A stretch of DNA of 64,000 nucleotides from Eledone cirrhosa (lineage: Eukaryota). The notes under the pieces are model-generated. The model saw only the letters and a program-made list of their open reading frames with translations. It was not told the origin of the DNA and searched no databases. A program made the translations under genes and the position numbers. Shown one piece after another: positions 1 to 11,542 of the stretch. Location: the NCBI GenBank assembly GCA_964016885.1, contig OZ024741.1, positions 402,256,001 to 402,320,000 of the forward strand. Reading direction: 5' to 3'. The first letter of the stretch is position 1. Every line of letters starts with the position of its first letter.

Positions 1-1027
1 AGTCTTCAAGTACTCCATCTAGTGGGTCCTATCAGAAGCAGCAACTGTCTCCAATTGTGGGGGCAGTCTTCAAGTACTCCATCTAGTGGGTCCTATCAGA
101 AGCAGCAACTGTCTCCAATTGTGGGGGCAGTCTTCAAGTACTCCATCTAGTGGGTCCTATCAGAAGCAGCAACTGTCTCCAATTGTGGGGGCAGTCTTCA
201 AGTACTCCATCTAGTGGGTCCTATCAGAAGCAGCAACTGTCTCCAATTGTGGGGGCAGTCTTCAAGTACTCCATCTAGTGGGTCCTATCAGAAGCAGCAA
301 CTGTCTCCAATTGTGGGGGCAGTATCTTCAAGTACTCCATCTAGTGGGTCCTATCAGAAGCAGCAACTGTCTCCAATTGTGGGGGCAGTCTTCAAGTACT
401 CCATCCACTGGGTCCTATCAGAAACAGCAACTGTCTCCAATTGTGAGGGCAGTCTTCAAGTACTACATCTAGTGGGTCCTATCAGAAGCAGCAACTGTCT
501 CCAATTGTGGGGGCAGTCTTCAAGTACTCCATCTAGTGGGTCCTATCAGAAACAGCAACTGTCTCCAATTGTGGGGGCAGTCTTCAAGTACTCCATCTAG
601 TGGGTCCTATCAGAAGCAGCAACTGTCTCCAATTGTGGTGGCAGTCTTCAAGTACTCCATCTAGTGGGTCCTATCAGAAACAGCAACTGTCTCCAATTGT
701 GGGGGCAGTCTTCAAGTACTCCATCTAGTGGGTCCTATCAGATGCAGCAACTGTCTCCAATTGTGGGGGCAGTATCTTCAAGTACTCCATCTAGTGGGTC
801 TTATCAGAAGCAGCAACTGTCTCCAATTGTGGGGGCTGTCTTCAAGTACTCCATCCACTGGGTCCTATCAGAAACAGCAACTGTCTCCAATTGTGAGGGC
901 AGTCTTCAAGTACTCCATCTAGTGGGTCCTATCAGAAGCAGCAACTGTCTCCAATTGTGGGGGCAGTCTTCAAGTACTCCATCAAGTGGGTCCTATCAGA
1001 AGCAGCAACTGTCTCCAATTGTGGGGT
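1..1027. repeat. 64-bp tandem array (~16 copies, truncated by window start), derived from the 3' end of an RTE/Expander-like LINE ORF
   Basis: Unit AGTCTTCAAGTACTCCATCTAGTGGGTCCTATCAGAAGCAGCAACTGTCTCCAATTGTGGGGGC. It aligns by eye to 55848-55906 and to the reverse complement of 10035-10099. Confidence 0.95.
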
Positions 1028-1145
1028 CCCCAAGTGTGACCACCTAAGCTCATAAATGTTATCCAACCATCTTGCTCAGGTTCCACCCTGGGTCTCCTGT
1101 CATGCCAGAGTGTTTTATCCATAAAATCTGTCCAGTGCTTCTTTT
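1028..1145 (-). mobile_element. RTE (Expander-like) LINE remnant adjoining the 64-bp array
   Basis: Reverse complement resembles 9915-10015 (the RPRGRP..RWLDNIHELSW region). Confidence 0.75.
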
Positions 1146-1448
1146 CTGAGACAGTCTACAGCTTCATTAATTCCCCAAGGCCTGGAAATAATTAATGGGT
1201 TAAGGAAACCTTGTATTTCAAAAAGTATTATTTTAAAAGTTGTAAAATTCTAATTTCTCATCAAAGTATTCTGCTACGAGAGAAGGTGTGGCTGGAACTA
1301 TTTAGATTTTCAATTTATTTCTGCTTTAGTTTTATAGCAAAAAAAAAAAAAAAAATTCCGTGCTGACAGTTGCACCAAGTCTCTTGCTGATGAAATGAGA
1401 TAATTCTGCTAAAGCAATCAAAGGTAGTAGTTTTAGATTGGGAAATGG

Positions 1449-1668
1449 ATTTAAACCAGCCATATCCGGCCAGAATTCTCTCACCTCTTTCTCTTCAAAC
1501 CAGCTGTAACCAGCCACTCATACTGATGTTAAGGTATTATTCTCAAAATAAATAATATCAAAATAAATAATATCAAAATCTCATAGATTCGATATTATGT
1601 GAGATATTAAGCCTTTACCGCAAAAATACAATAGTATATATAGAGTAATGTGAATGCTAAAGGGTTAA
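1449..1668 (+). mobile_element. piggyBac-like MITE, left TIR damaged
   Basis: Body matches 43014-43242 and ends in ATGCTAAAGGG-TTAA. Confidence 0.75.
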
Positions 1669-1724
1669 GAATGCCATGGCAGGCTTTGAACTCAGAATAT
1701 AAAGAGCCAAAACAAATACAAGAC

Positions 1725-4700
1725 ATCTCACCTAAAGTTAAAACTATTAGTTCACCTGTCTAAATATCTCACTAAAGTTAAAACTATTAGTTCACCTGTC
1801 TAAATATCTCACCTAAAGTTATAACTGTTAGTTCACCTGTCTAAATATCTTACTTGAAGTTATAACTGTTAGTTCACCTGTCTAAACACCACACCTGAAG
1901 TTATAACTGTTAGTTCACCTATCTAAACACCACACCTGAAGTTATAACTGCTAGTTCACCTGTCTAAACACCACACCTGAAGTTATAACTGTTAGTTCAC
2001 CTGTCTAAACACCACACCTGAAGTTATAACTGTTAGTTCACCTGTCTAAACACCACACCTGAAGTTATAACTGTTAGTTCACCTATCTAAACACCTCACC
2101 TGAAGTTATAACTGTTAGTTCACCTATCTAAACACCACACCTGAAGTTATAACTGTTAGTTCACCTGTCTAAACACCTCACCTGAAGTTATAACTGTTAG
2201 TTCACCTATCTAAACACCTCACCTGAAGTTATAACTGTTAGTTCACCTATCTAAACACCTCACCTGAAGTTATAACTGTTAGTTAACCTGTCTAAACACC
2301 TCACCTGAAGTTATAACTGTTAGTTCACCTATCTAAACACCTCACCTGAAGTTATAACTGTTAGTTCACCTACACCACACCTGAAGTTATAACTGTTAGT
2401 TCACCTGTCTAAACACCTCACCTGAAGTTATAACTGTTAGTTCACCTATCTAAACACCTCACCTGAAGTTATAACTGTTAGTTCACCTATCTAAACACCT
2501 CACCTGAAGTTATAACTGTTAGTTCACCTATCTAAACACCTCACCTGAAGTTATAACTGTTAGTTCACCTGTCTAAACACCTCACCTGAAGTTATAACTG
2601 TTAGTTCACCTATCTAAACACCTCACCTGAAGTTATAACTGTTAGTTCACCTATCTAAACACCACACCTGAAGTTATAACTGTTAGTTCACCTGTCTAAA
2701 CACCTCACCTGAAGTTATAACTGTTAGTTCACCTATCTAAACACCTCACCTGAAGTTATAACTGTTAGTTCACCTATCTAAACACCACACCTGAAGTTAT
2801 AACTGTTAGTTCACCTGTCTAAACACCTCACCTGAAGTTATAACTGTTAGTTCACCTATCTAAACACCACACCTGAAGTTATAACTGTTAGTTCACCTGT
2901 CTAAACACCACACCTGAAGTTATAACTGTTAGTTCACCTGTATAAACACCACAGCTGAAGTTATAACTGTTAGTTCACCTGTCTAAACACCTCACCTGAA
3001 GTTATAACTGTTAGTTCACCTGTCTAAACACCACAGCTGAAGTTATAACTGTTAGTTCACCTGTCTAAACACCTCACCTGAAGTTATAACTGTTAGTTCA
3101 CCTGTCTAAACACCACACCTGAAGTCATAACTGTTAGTTCACCTATCTAAACACCACACCTGAAGTTATAACTGTTGGTTCACCTGTCTAAACACCACAC
3201 CTGAAGTTATAACTGTTGGTTCACCTGTCTAAACACCACACCTGAAGTTATAACTGTTGGTTCACCTATCTAAACACCACACCTGAAGTTATAACTGTTG
3301 GTTCACCTGTCTAAACACCACACCTGAAGTTATAACTGTTGGTTCACCTATCTAAACACCACACATGAAGTTATAACTGTTAGTTCACTTGTCTAAACAC
3401 CACACCTGAAATTATAACTGTTAGTTCACCTGTCTAAACACCACACCTGAAGTTATAACTGTTAGTTCACCTGTCTAAACACCACACTTGAAGTTATAAC
3501 TGTTGGTTCACCTGTCTAAACACCACACCTGAAGTTATAACTGTTGGTTCACCTATCTAAACACCACACCTGAAGTTATAACTGTTAGTTCACCTGTCTA
3601 AACACCACACCTGAAGTTATAACTGTTAGTTCACCTGTCTAAACACCACACCTGAAGTTATAACTGTTGGTTCACCTATCTAAACACCTCACCTGAAGTT
3701 ATAACTGTTAGTTCACCTGTCTAAACACCACACCTGAAGTTATAACTGTTAGTTCACCTGTCTAAACACCACACCTGAAGTTATAACTGTTAGTTCACCT
3801 ATCTAAACACCTCACCTGAAGTTATAACTGTTAGTTCACCTATCTAAACACCACACCTGAAGTTATAACTGTTAGTTCACCTGTCTAAACACCTCACCTG
3901 AAGTTATAACTGTTAGTTCACCTATCTAAACACCTCACCTGAAGTTATAACTGTTAGTTCACCTATCTAAACACCACACCTGAAGTTATAACTGTTAGTT
4001 CACCTGTCTAAACACCTCACCTGAAGTTATAACTGTTAGTTCACCTATCTAAACACCACACCTGAAGTTATAACTTAGTTCACCTGTCTAAACACCACAC
4101 CTGAAGTTATAACTGTTAGTTCACCTGTCTAAACACCTCACCTGAAGTTATAACTGTTAGTTCACCTGTCTAAACACCACACCTGAAGTTATAACTGTTA
4201 GTTCCCCTATCTAAACACCACACCTGAAGTTATAACTGTTGGTTCACCTGTCTAAACACCACACCTGAAGTTATAACTGTTGGTTCACCTGTCTAAACAC
4301 CACACCTGAAGTTATAACTGTTGGTTCACCTATCTAAACACCACACCTGAAGTTATAACTGTTAGTTCACCTGTCTAAACACCACACCTAAAGTTATAAC
4401 TGTTAGTTCACCTGTCTAAACACCACACCTGAAGTTATAACTGTTAGTTCACCTGTCTAAACACCACACCTGAAGTTATAACTGTTGGTTCACCTATCTA
4501 AACACCTCACCTGAAGTTATAACTGTTAGTTCACCTGTCTAAACACCACACCTGAAGTTATAACTGTTAGTTCACCTGTCTAAATATTTCACCCGAAGTT
4601 ATAACTGTTAGTTCACCTGTCTAAACACCACACCTGAAGTTATAACTGTTGGTTCACCTGTCTAAACACCACACCTGAAGTTATAACTGTTGGTTCACCT

Positions 4701-6603
4701 ATCTAAACACCACACCTGAAGTTATAACTGTTAGTTCACCTGTCTAAACACCACACCTGAAGTTATAACTGTTAGTTCACCTGTCTAAACACCACACCTG
4801 AAGTTATAACTGTTGGTTCACCTGTCGAAACACCACACCTGAAGTTATAACTGTTGGTTCACCTATCTAAACACCACACCTGAAGTTATAACTGTTAGTT
4901 CACCTGTCTAAACACCACACCTGAAGTTATAACTGTTAGTTCACCTGTCTAAACACCACACCTGAAGTTATAACTGTTAGTTCACCTGTCTAAACACCAC
5001 ACCTGAAGTTATAACTGTTGGTTCACCTATCTAAACACCTCACCTGAAGTTATAACTGTTAGTTCACCTGTCTAAACACCACACCTGAAGTTATAACTGT
5101 TAGTTCACCTGTCTAAATATTTCACCCGAAGTTATAACTGTTAGTTCACCTGTCTAAACACCTCACCTGAAGTTATAACTGTTAGTTCACCTATCTAAAC
5201 ACCTCACCTGAAGTTATAACTGTTAGTTCACCTATCTAAACACCACACCTGAAGTTATAACTGTTAGTTCACCTATCTAAACACCACACCTGAAGTTATA
5301 ACTGTTAGTTCACCTATCTAAACACCACACCTGAAGTTATAACTGTTAGTTCACCTGTCTAAACACCACACCTGAAGTTATAACTGTTAGTTCACCTGTC
5401 TAAACACCACACCTGAAGTTATAACTGTTAGTTCACCTGTCTAAACACCACACCTGAAGTTATAACTGTTAGTTCACCTGTCTAAACACCTCACCTGAAG
5501 TTATAACTGTTAGTTCACCTGTCTAAACACCACACCTGAAGTTATAACTGTTAGTTCACCTGTCTAAATATTTCACCTGAAGTTATAACTGTTAGTTCAC
5601 CTATCTAAACACCACACCTGAAGTTATACCTGTTAGTTCACCTGTCTAAATATTTCACCTGAAGTTATAACTGTTAGTTCACCTGTCTAAACACCACACC
5701 TGAAGTTATAACTGTTAGTTCACCTGTCTAAACACCACACCTGAAGTTATAACTGTTAGTTCACCTGTCTAAACACCACACCTGAAGTTATAACTGTTAG
5801 TTCACCTGTCTAAACACCTCACCTGAAGTTATAACTGTTAGTTCACCTGTCTAAACACCACACCTGAAGTTATAACTGTTAGTTCACCTATCTAAACACC
5901 ACACCTGAAGTTATAACTGTTAGTTCACCTGTCTAAACACCTCACCTGAAGTTATAACTGTTAGTTCACCTGTCTAAACACCACACCTGAAGTTATAACT
6001 GTTGGTTCACCTATCTAAACACCACACCTGAAGTTATAACTGTTAGTTCACCTGTCTAAACACCACATCTGAAGTTATAACTGTTAGTTCACCTGTCTAA
6101 ACACCTCACCTGAAGTTATAACTGTTAGTTCACCTATCTAAACACCACACCTGAAGTTATAACTGTTAGTTCACCTATCTAAACACCTCACCTGAAGTTA
6201 TAACTGTTAGTTCACCTATCTAAACACCACACCTGAAGTTATAACTGTTAGTTCACCTATCTAAACACTACACCTGAAGTTATAACTGTTAGTTCACCTA
6301 TCTAAACACCACACCTGAAGTTATAACTGTTGGTTCACCTGTCTAAACACCACACCTGAAGTTATAACTGTTAGTTCACCTATCTAAACACCACACCTGA
6401 AGTTATAACTGTTAGTTCACCTGTCTAAACACCACATCTGAAGTTATAACTGTTAGTTCACCTATCTAAACACCACACCTGAAGTTATAACTGTTAGTTC
6501 ACCTATCTAAACACCACACCTGAAGTTATAACTGTTAGTTCACCTATCTAAACACCACACCTGAAGTTATAACTGTTAGTTCACCTATCTAAACACCACA
6601 CCT
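1725..6603. repeat. 41-bp minisatellite, ~119 copies
   Basis: Unit TATAACTGTTAGTTCACCTGTCTAAACACCACACCTGAAGT (period 1861 to 1902). Contains the palindrome AGTTATAACT. Edge copies at 1725-1860 are diverged. Confidence 0.98.
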
Positions 6604-6693
6604 GTTAGTTTACCTCTTAATCCACAGGTTTTTTCAAATACTTGATTCAGTGACTCTGCTGGACAAAGATGATCATGGTGGTATTTGTATACA

Positions 6694-7487
6694 ATGTAAA
6701 GTTGTGTTGTGACACGACAAAAATCACCCAGTCCACCCTGTAAAGTTGTGTTGTGACATGACCAAAAGCACCCAGTCCACCCTGTAAAGTTGTGTTGTGA
6801 CATGACAAAAAGCACCCAATCCACCCTGTAAAGTTGTTATTGTGACATGACAAAAATCACCCAGTTCACCCTGTAAAGTTGTTATTGTGACACGACAAAA
6901 ATCACCCAATCCACCCTGTAAAGTTTTTGTGACACAACAAAAAGCACCCAATTCACCCTGTAAAGTTGTTATTGTGACATGACAAAAATCACCCAGTCCA
7001 CCCTGTAAAGTTGTTATTGTGACATAACAAAAATCACCCAGTCCACCCTGTAAAGTTGTTATTGTGACACGACAAAAATCACCCAGTCCACCCTGTAAAG
7101 TTGTTATTGTGACATGACAAAAATCACCCAGTCCACCCTGTAAAGTTGTTATTGTGACACAACAAAAAGCACCCAATCCACCCTGTAAAGTTGTTATTGT
7201 GACACAACAAAAAGCACCCAATCCACCCTGTAAAGTTGTTATTGTGACACGACAAAAATCACCCAATCCACCCTGTAAAGTTATTGTGACATGACAAAAA
7301 TCACCCAGTCCACCCTGTAAAGTTGTTGTGACACGACACAAAGCACCCAATCCACCCTGTAAAGTTATTGTGACACGACAAAAAGCACCCAATCCACCCT
7401 GTAAAGTTGTTGTTGTGACACGACAAAAATCACCCAGTCCACCCTGTAAACTTGTGTTGTGACACAAGAAAAAGCACCCAATCCACA
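6694..7487. repeat. ~45-bp tandem array (~18 copies) amplified from an RTE LINE 3' UTR
   Basis: Unit TAAAGTTGTTATTGTGACATGACAAAAATCACCCAGTCCACCCTG (period 6961 to 7006). Similar to the RTE 3' UTR at 37480-37580. Confidence 0.93.
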
Positions 7488-7549
7488 TTTTTAGGTGGTT
7501 TTGCTGGTGACATGATGTAAATATACCTAGACCAGCCTATCAGCTGGTC

Positions 7550-7755
7550 AGTTTGGTGCCATGATAAATAAGCACCCAGTCCACTCTGTAAATGTTGTTG
7601 GTGTTTTGAATGACCTCCAGCTGTAGTGAGCAACCCAGAAACAGTTCTTTCTGAGCAAGGCATGGTCACATGATCTGACACGTCTCACAATATGACAACT
7701 TGTCAGACCCATGCTAGGATTGAAAAATGGACTTTAAATAATGATGATGATGATG
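7550..7755 (+). mobile_element. Degenerate RTE LINE 3' tail
   Basis: AAGCACCCAGTCCACTCTGTAAATG...CCAGCTGTAG...GAGCAAGGCATGGTCA...CCCATGCTAG...(GAT)n matches 37555-37745. Confidence 0.8.
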
Positions 7756-8252
7756 AATGCAAGGAACAGAATAAATGTTGCCAAATATTTTGTCTGATGC
7801 TCCAAGACTTCTGCCAGTTCCCTGCAAATGTTGTGTTGGTGATAGACTGGTGGTTTCTAAATGTTTGATTAGCTCCAGCAATTTTGGAGGAAAGGAAAGT
7901 TGTTTATATGAACCCAGTATTTAACTGCTAAACTATTTTTTTCTTTCTGCGTTTCCTCTTTTTTAAATTTTTATTTTAGTTTTCATTTTTTTTTTTCTTT
8001 TCCTTTTTATTACTTTTCTCACTAGTTCTATTTGATTACCAACTGTAAGAAGTACTCGATACTTCTCCTAATCTGTCATGGCTTACTAGCTCTATACGGA
8101 CGTTTAAATTGAATAAATAAATAAATAAATAAATAAATATTTTATTGACTTCTTGAATACCCTAATTTCACTATGGTTACCTCCCATAATGTTCTAAGTA
8201 GAAATGTTCACTGTGGTTGAGATGGACCCCTTGTATCAGTGTTGATAAACTA

Positions 8253-8470
8253 ATGGTTTCTAACATAGACACAAGGCCAACAGTTTACAGAGAATCAGGG
8301 AAGAGGAAAGTCAATTATATCAACCCCAGTACATTACTGGTTGTTTATTTTATCGACCCTGGAAGAATTTACAGCAAGGACAACCTCAGTGGGATTTGAA
8401 CTCAGAACATAAAGAGTCGGAAGAAATGCTGCCAAGCATTCTATCCAACACCATAAGGACTCTGTCAACT
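8253..8470 (-). mobile_element. tRNA-derived SINE family A, degenerate copy
   Basis: TTTATCGACCC...GGGATTTGAACTCAG (reverse B box), as in the other family A copies. Confidence 0.7.
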
Positions 8471-8884
8471 TATCACCATAGTAGACAGTTAATAAGCTTG
8501 GTTAAAACTTTTAACTTTAGATTCTATATGAAAAGGGTAACACTGACTTCTAGAGGAACCACTGCACAAATAAAACAATTTCCTGTCTGATGGAAGCAGC
8601 AGTTAGAAGTCTATTCACATATTTCAAAGACTGCATCCTGTTATTGTTAGAATAATCTGAGAGTATGTTCCATTATAATTAAAATTTCTGTCAGATTTTA
8701 ACATTTTGAGTGAAACAACTAACTGCAGAATATTTGTAAAAATGTCATGTGTAATGAAGGAAATATATCATGTGGAAACGGTGACCTCTTACATTCTACA
8801 AGAATCAATAAGTAGACCTCTGAAAGTGTGTTAACCAATTTAATTTACTTCTTACTTCCTTCATTAATTACTTTTCTCTCTATA

Positions 8885-9545
8885 ATGGTTTCTGGTTTAG
8901 GAACAAGGCCAGTAATTCCATGGGAAGAGGAAAGTTAAGTTGACCCCAGGAAAGTTGATTAACCCTTTAGCATTTACATTTCTCTATATATACTATTGTA
9001 TTTTTGTGGTAAAGGCTTTGTTACATAATTATCGAATGTATGAGATTTTTTTTTGTTATTTATTTTGAGAACAATACCATAACATCAGTATGAGTGGCTG
9101 GTTACAGCCGACTTGAACAGAAAGAGGTGAGAGAATTCTGGTTGGATATGGCCGGTTTAAATGCTAAAAGGTTAAGTCAACCCTGGTACTTTATTTTATC
9201 GACCCTGTAAGGATGAAAGGCAAAGTTAACCTTGGCAAGATTTGAATTCAGAACATAAGGGGACATAACTATATGCCACAAAGCATGTTGTCCAATGCAC
9301 TACTGATTCTGTCAGTCCACCACCCTTAATAGTGGTTTCTGATTTAGGCACAAGGCCAGCAATTTTGGGGGAGAAAGTCAATTATGTCAACCCCAGTGTG
9401 TTACTGGTACTTTATTTCATCGACCCTGTAAGGTTGAAAGGCAAAGATAACCTCGGTGGGATTTGAACTTGGAATGTAAAGGGCTGTAACTGTATGCCAC
9501 AAAGCATATTGTCTGATGCTCTACCTGTTCTGTCAGTCCACCACC
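8885..9545 (-). mobile_element. Two tandem SINE family A copies; the first is interrupted by a piggyBac-like MITE
   Basis: Core CTGGTACTTTATTTTATCGACCCTGTAAGGATGAAAGGCAAAG...GATTTGAA occurs at about 9183-9250 and 9404-9470. Confidence 0.8.
8959..9175 (-). mobile_element. piggyBac-like MITE with TTAA target duplication
   Basis: TTAA-CCCTTTAGCATTTA ... TAAATGCTAAAAGG-TTAA. TTAA TSD and CCC termini are piggyBac hallmarks. Confidence 0.85.
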
Positions 9546-9599
9546 ATTTTCTTTATATAATAAAAGTTCTTAGTTGCTTGACCTTAATATAGATATGAT

Positions 9600-10125
9600 G
9601 GCTGTTTTGATGAGTGGTGGGAGGCAGGAGGCTGAATTAAGTGCAACAATTGCAGGAGCTGGTGCAGTAATGGGCCAGCTTTAGCATTCGGTCATCAGAA
9701 GGGAAGTAGGTGTAAAGGACAGATTTGCTATTATCAATTCGGTATTTGTGCCCTTACCTATGGTCATGAATCTTGGGTAATGACCGAAAGAATACGATCA
9801 CAAATACAAGTTCATAGCTCGGAGATGAGTCACCCCAGGTAGAGCTGCTTCTTCTCCGGATTGAGGGACCACAGCTCCGATACTATGGATATGTGGTTAG
9901 AATGTCTCGGGAATGAATCACTGGACAGATTTGTACTGGCAAAACCAATAGGTATGAGACCCAGGGGTAGACCCCGAGAAAGGTGGTTGGATAACATCCA
10001 TGAGCTTAGCTGGTCTCGCTTGAGGATCCTGCTGGATCAACTGGAGATGGTTGCTGCTGACAGGATCTGCTGGAAGGAGGGTTTGAGGACTCTGTCCCTT
10101 TAGGAATAAGTGGGTGAAGAAGTTG
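9600..10125 (+). mobile_element. RTE (Expander/Rex3-like) LINE 3' fragment, degenerate
   Basis: Encodes TYGHESWVMTERIRSQIQ and RPRGRPRERWLDNI, typical RTE C-terminal motifs. Confidence 0.8.
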
Positions 10126-10640
10126 ATAATGATGGGGGAGATGATGATGATAGAGATGGAGATGCTGGTGATGATGATGATGATAGGATGATGATGGTGA
10201 TAGTGGTGATGATGGTATCATGATGATGATGATGATGGGATGATGATGGTGTTGGTGATGGAGGAGGTGGTGATGGAGGTGATGGTAATGGAGGAGGTGA
10301 TGGTGAGGGTGGTGATGGAGGTGATGGTGATGGAGGAGGTGGTGATGGTGGTGATGGTAATGGAGGTGGTGATGGTGAGGGTGGTGATGGAGGAGGTGGT
10401 GATGGTGGTGATGGTAATGGAGGTGGTGATGGAGGAGGTGGTGATGGAGGTGATGGTGGTGATGGTAATGGAGGTGGTGATGGAGGTGATGGTGAGGGTG
10501 GTGATGGTAATGGAGGTGGTGGTGGTGATGGAGGAGGTGGTGGTGGTGATGGAGGTGATGGTGAGGATGGTGATGGAGGTGATGATGATGGAGGTGATGG
10601 AGGTGGTGGTGAGGATGGTGATGGAGGTGATGATGATGGT
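10126..10640. repeat. Compound (GAT/GGT/GGA)n trinucleotide microsatellite
   Basis: Directly visible. It explains the low-complexity ORFs at 10218-10940. Confidence 0.95.
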
Positions 10641-10769
10641 AGCTAAGTACAATAGTTTGTTACACAGGTAATATCTGCTGACAACAGCTGCTACTGCTGC
10701 TGCTGTCAGCAGGTTTATGTAATAGCAGTGCAGCGGACATATTGAATGGTGACAGCTTTGATGTATTGA

Positions 10770-10900
10770 AATGTGTGTATACATACTGACATACATATAT
10801 ACATACATACATACATATATATATATACACATACATATATATATATATATAGTCATACATACATACAAATATATAAATGTATATATACATACATACTCAC

Positions 10901-10931
<31 letters not shown>

Positions 10932-11240
10932 CACTCGCATACATACTCACACACACGTACATACATATATACATGCATACATAGATACATATTCACACAT
11001 ACATACACACTCAGATATACATATAAGCATGCACACAGATACATACACACGTACACATAAAGATACACAGAGAGAGGGTGTAGTGTAATGTAGTAGTGTG
11101 GGGTGGGGTGTAGGGTGGGGTGTAGTAGTGTGGGGTGGGTTGTAGTAGTGTGGGGTGTAATGTAGTAGTGTGGGGTGTAGTGTAGTACAGTGTAGTATAA
11201 CATTATGTAATGTAGTAGTGTAGGTAGTTAAGTGAGATGT
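10770..11240. repeat. (TA/CA/CATA)n microsatellite followed by (GTAGT/GTGGG)n
   Basis: Directly visible. Confidence 0.9.
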
Positions 11241-11407
11241 AGTCTTGACTAAAGTATTATATAGATGTAGTCAAATGATGTATTGTATCCTTGAGCAAGA
11301 CTATTTCCCGTTACTCCAGTCCACTTAGCTGACTAAAGTAAGTTGTATCTGTAATTCTCAGAAGAGGGTAGCTCTTCTAACTCATGCTAGCATGGTAAAT
11401 AATAATA

Positions 11408-11524
11408 ATTGTTTCTACTTTAGGCACAAGGCCAGCAATTACCCAGAGTGCATTACTGGTACTTTATTTTATCGACCCTGTAAGGATGAAAGGCAAAGTC
11501 AACCTCGGCGGGATTTGAACTCAG
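11408..11524 (-). mobile_element. 5'-truncated SINE family A with ~18-bp TSD
   Basis: Flanked by ATGGTAAATAATAATAAT at 11392-11409 and 11525-11542. Confidence 0.85.
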
Positions 11525-11542
11525 ATGGTAAATAATAATAAT

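Noticed and set aside
214-1047. Repetitive ORFs in the 64-bp array (likewise 6724-7488, 10218-11203, 52458-52778, 61155-61901, 62466-62949)
   Set aside because: These are by-products of tandem repeats with no independent coding evidence.
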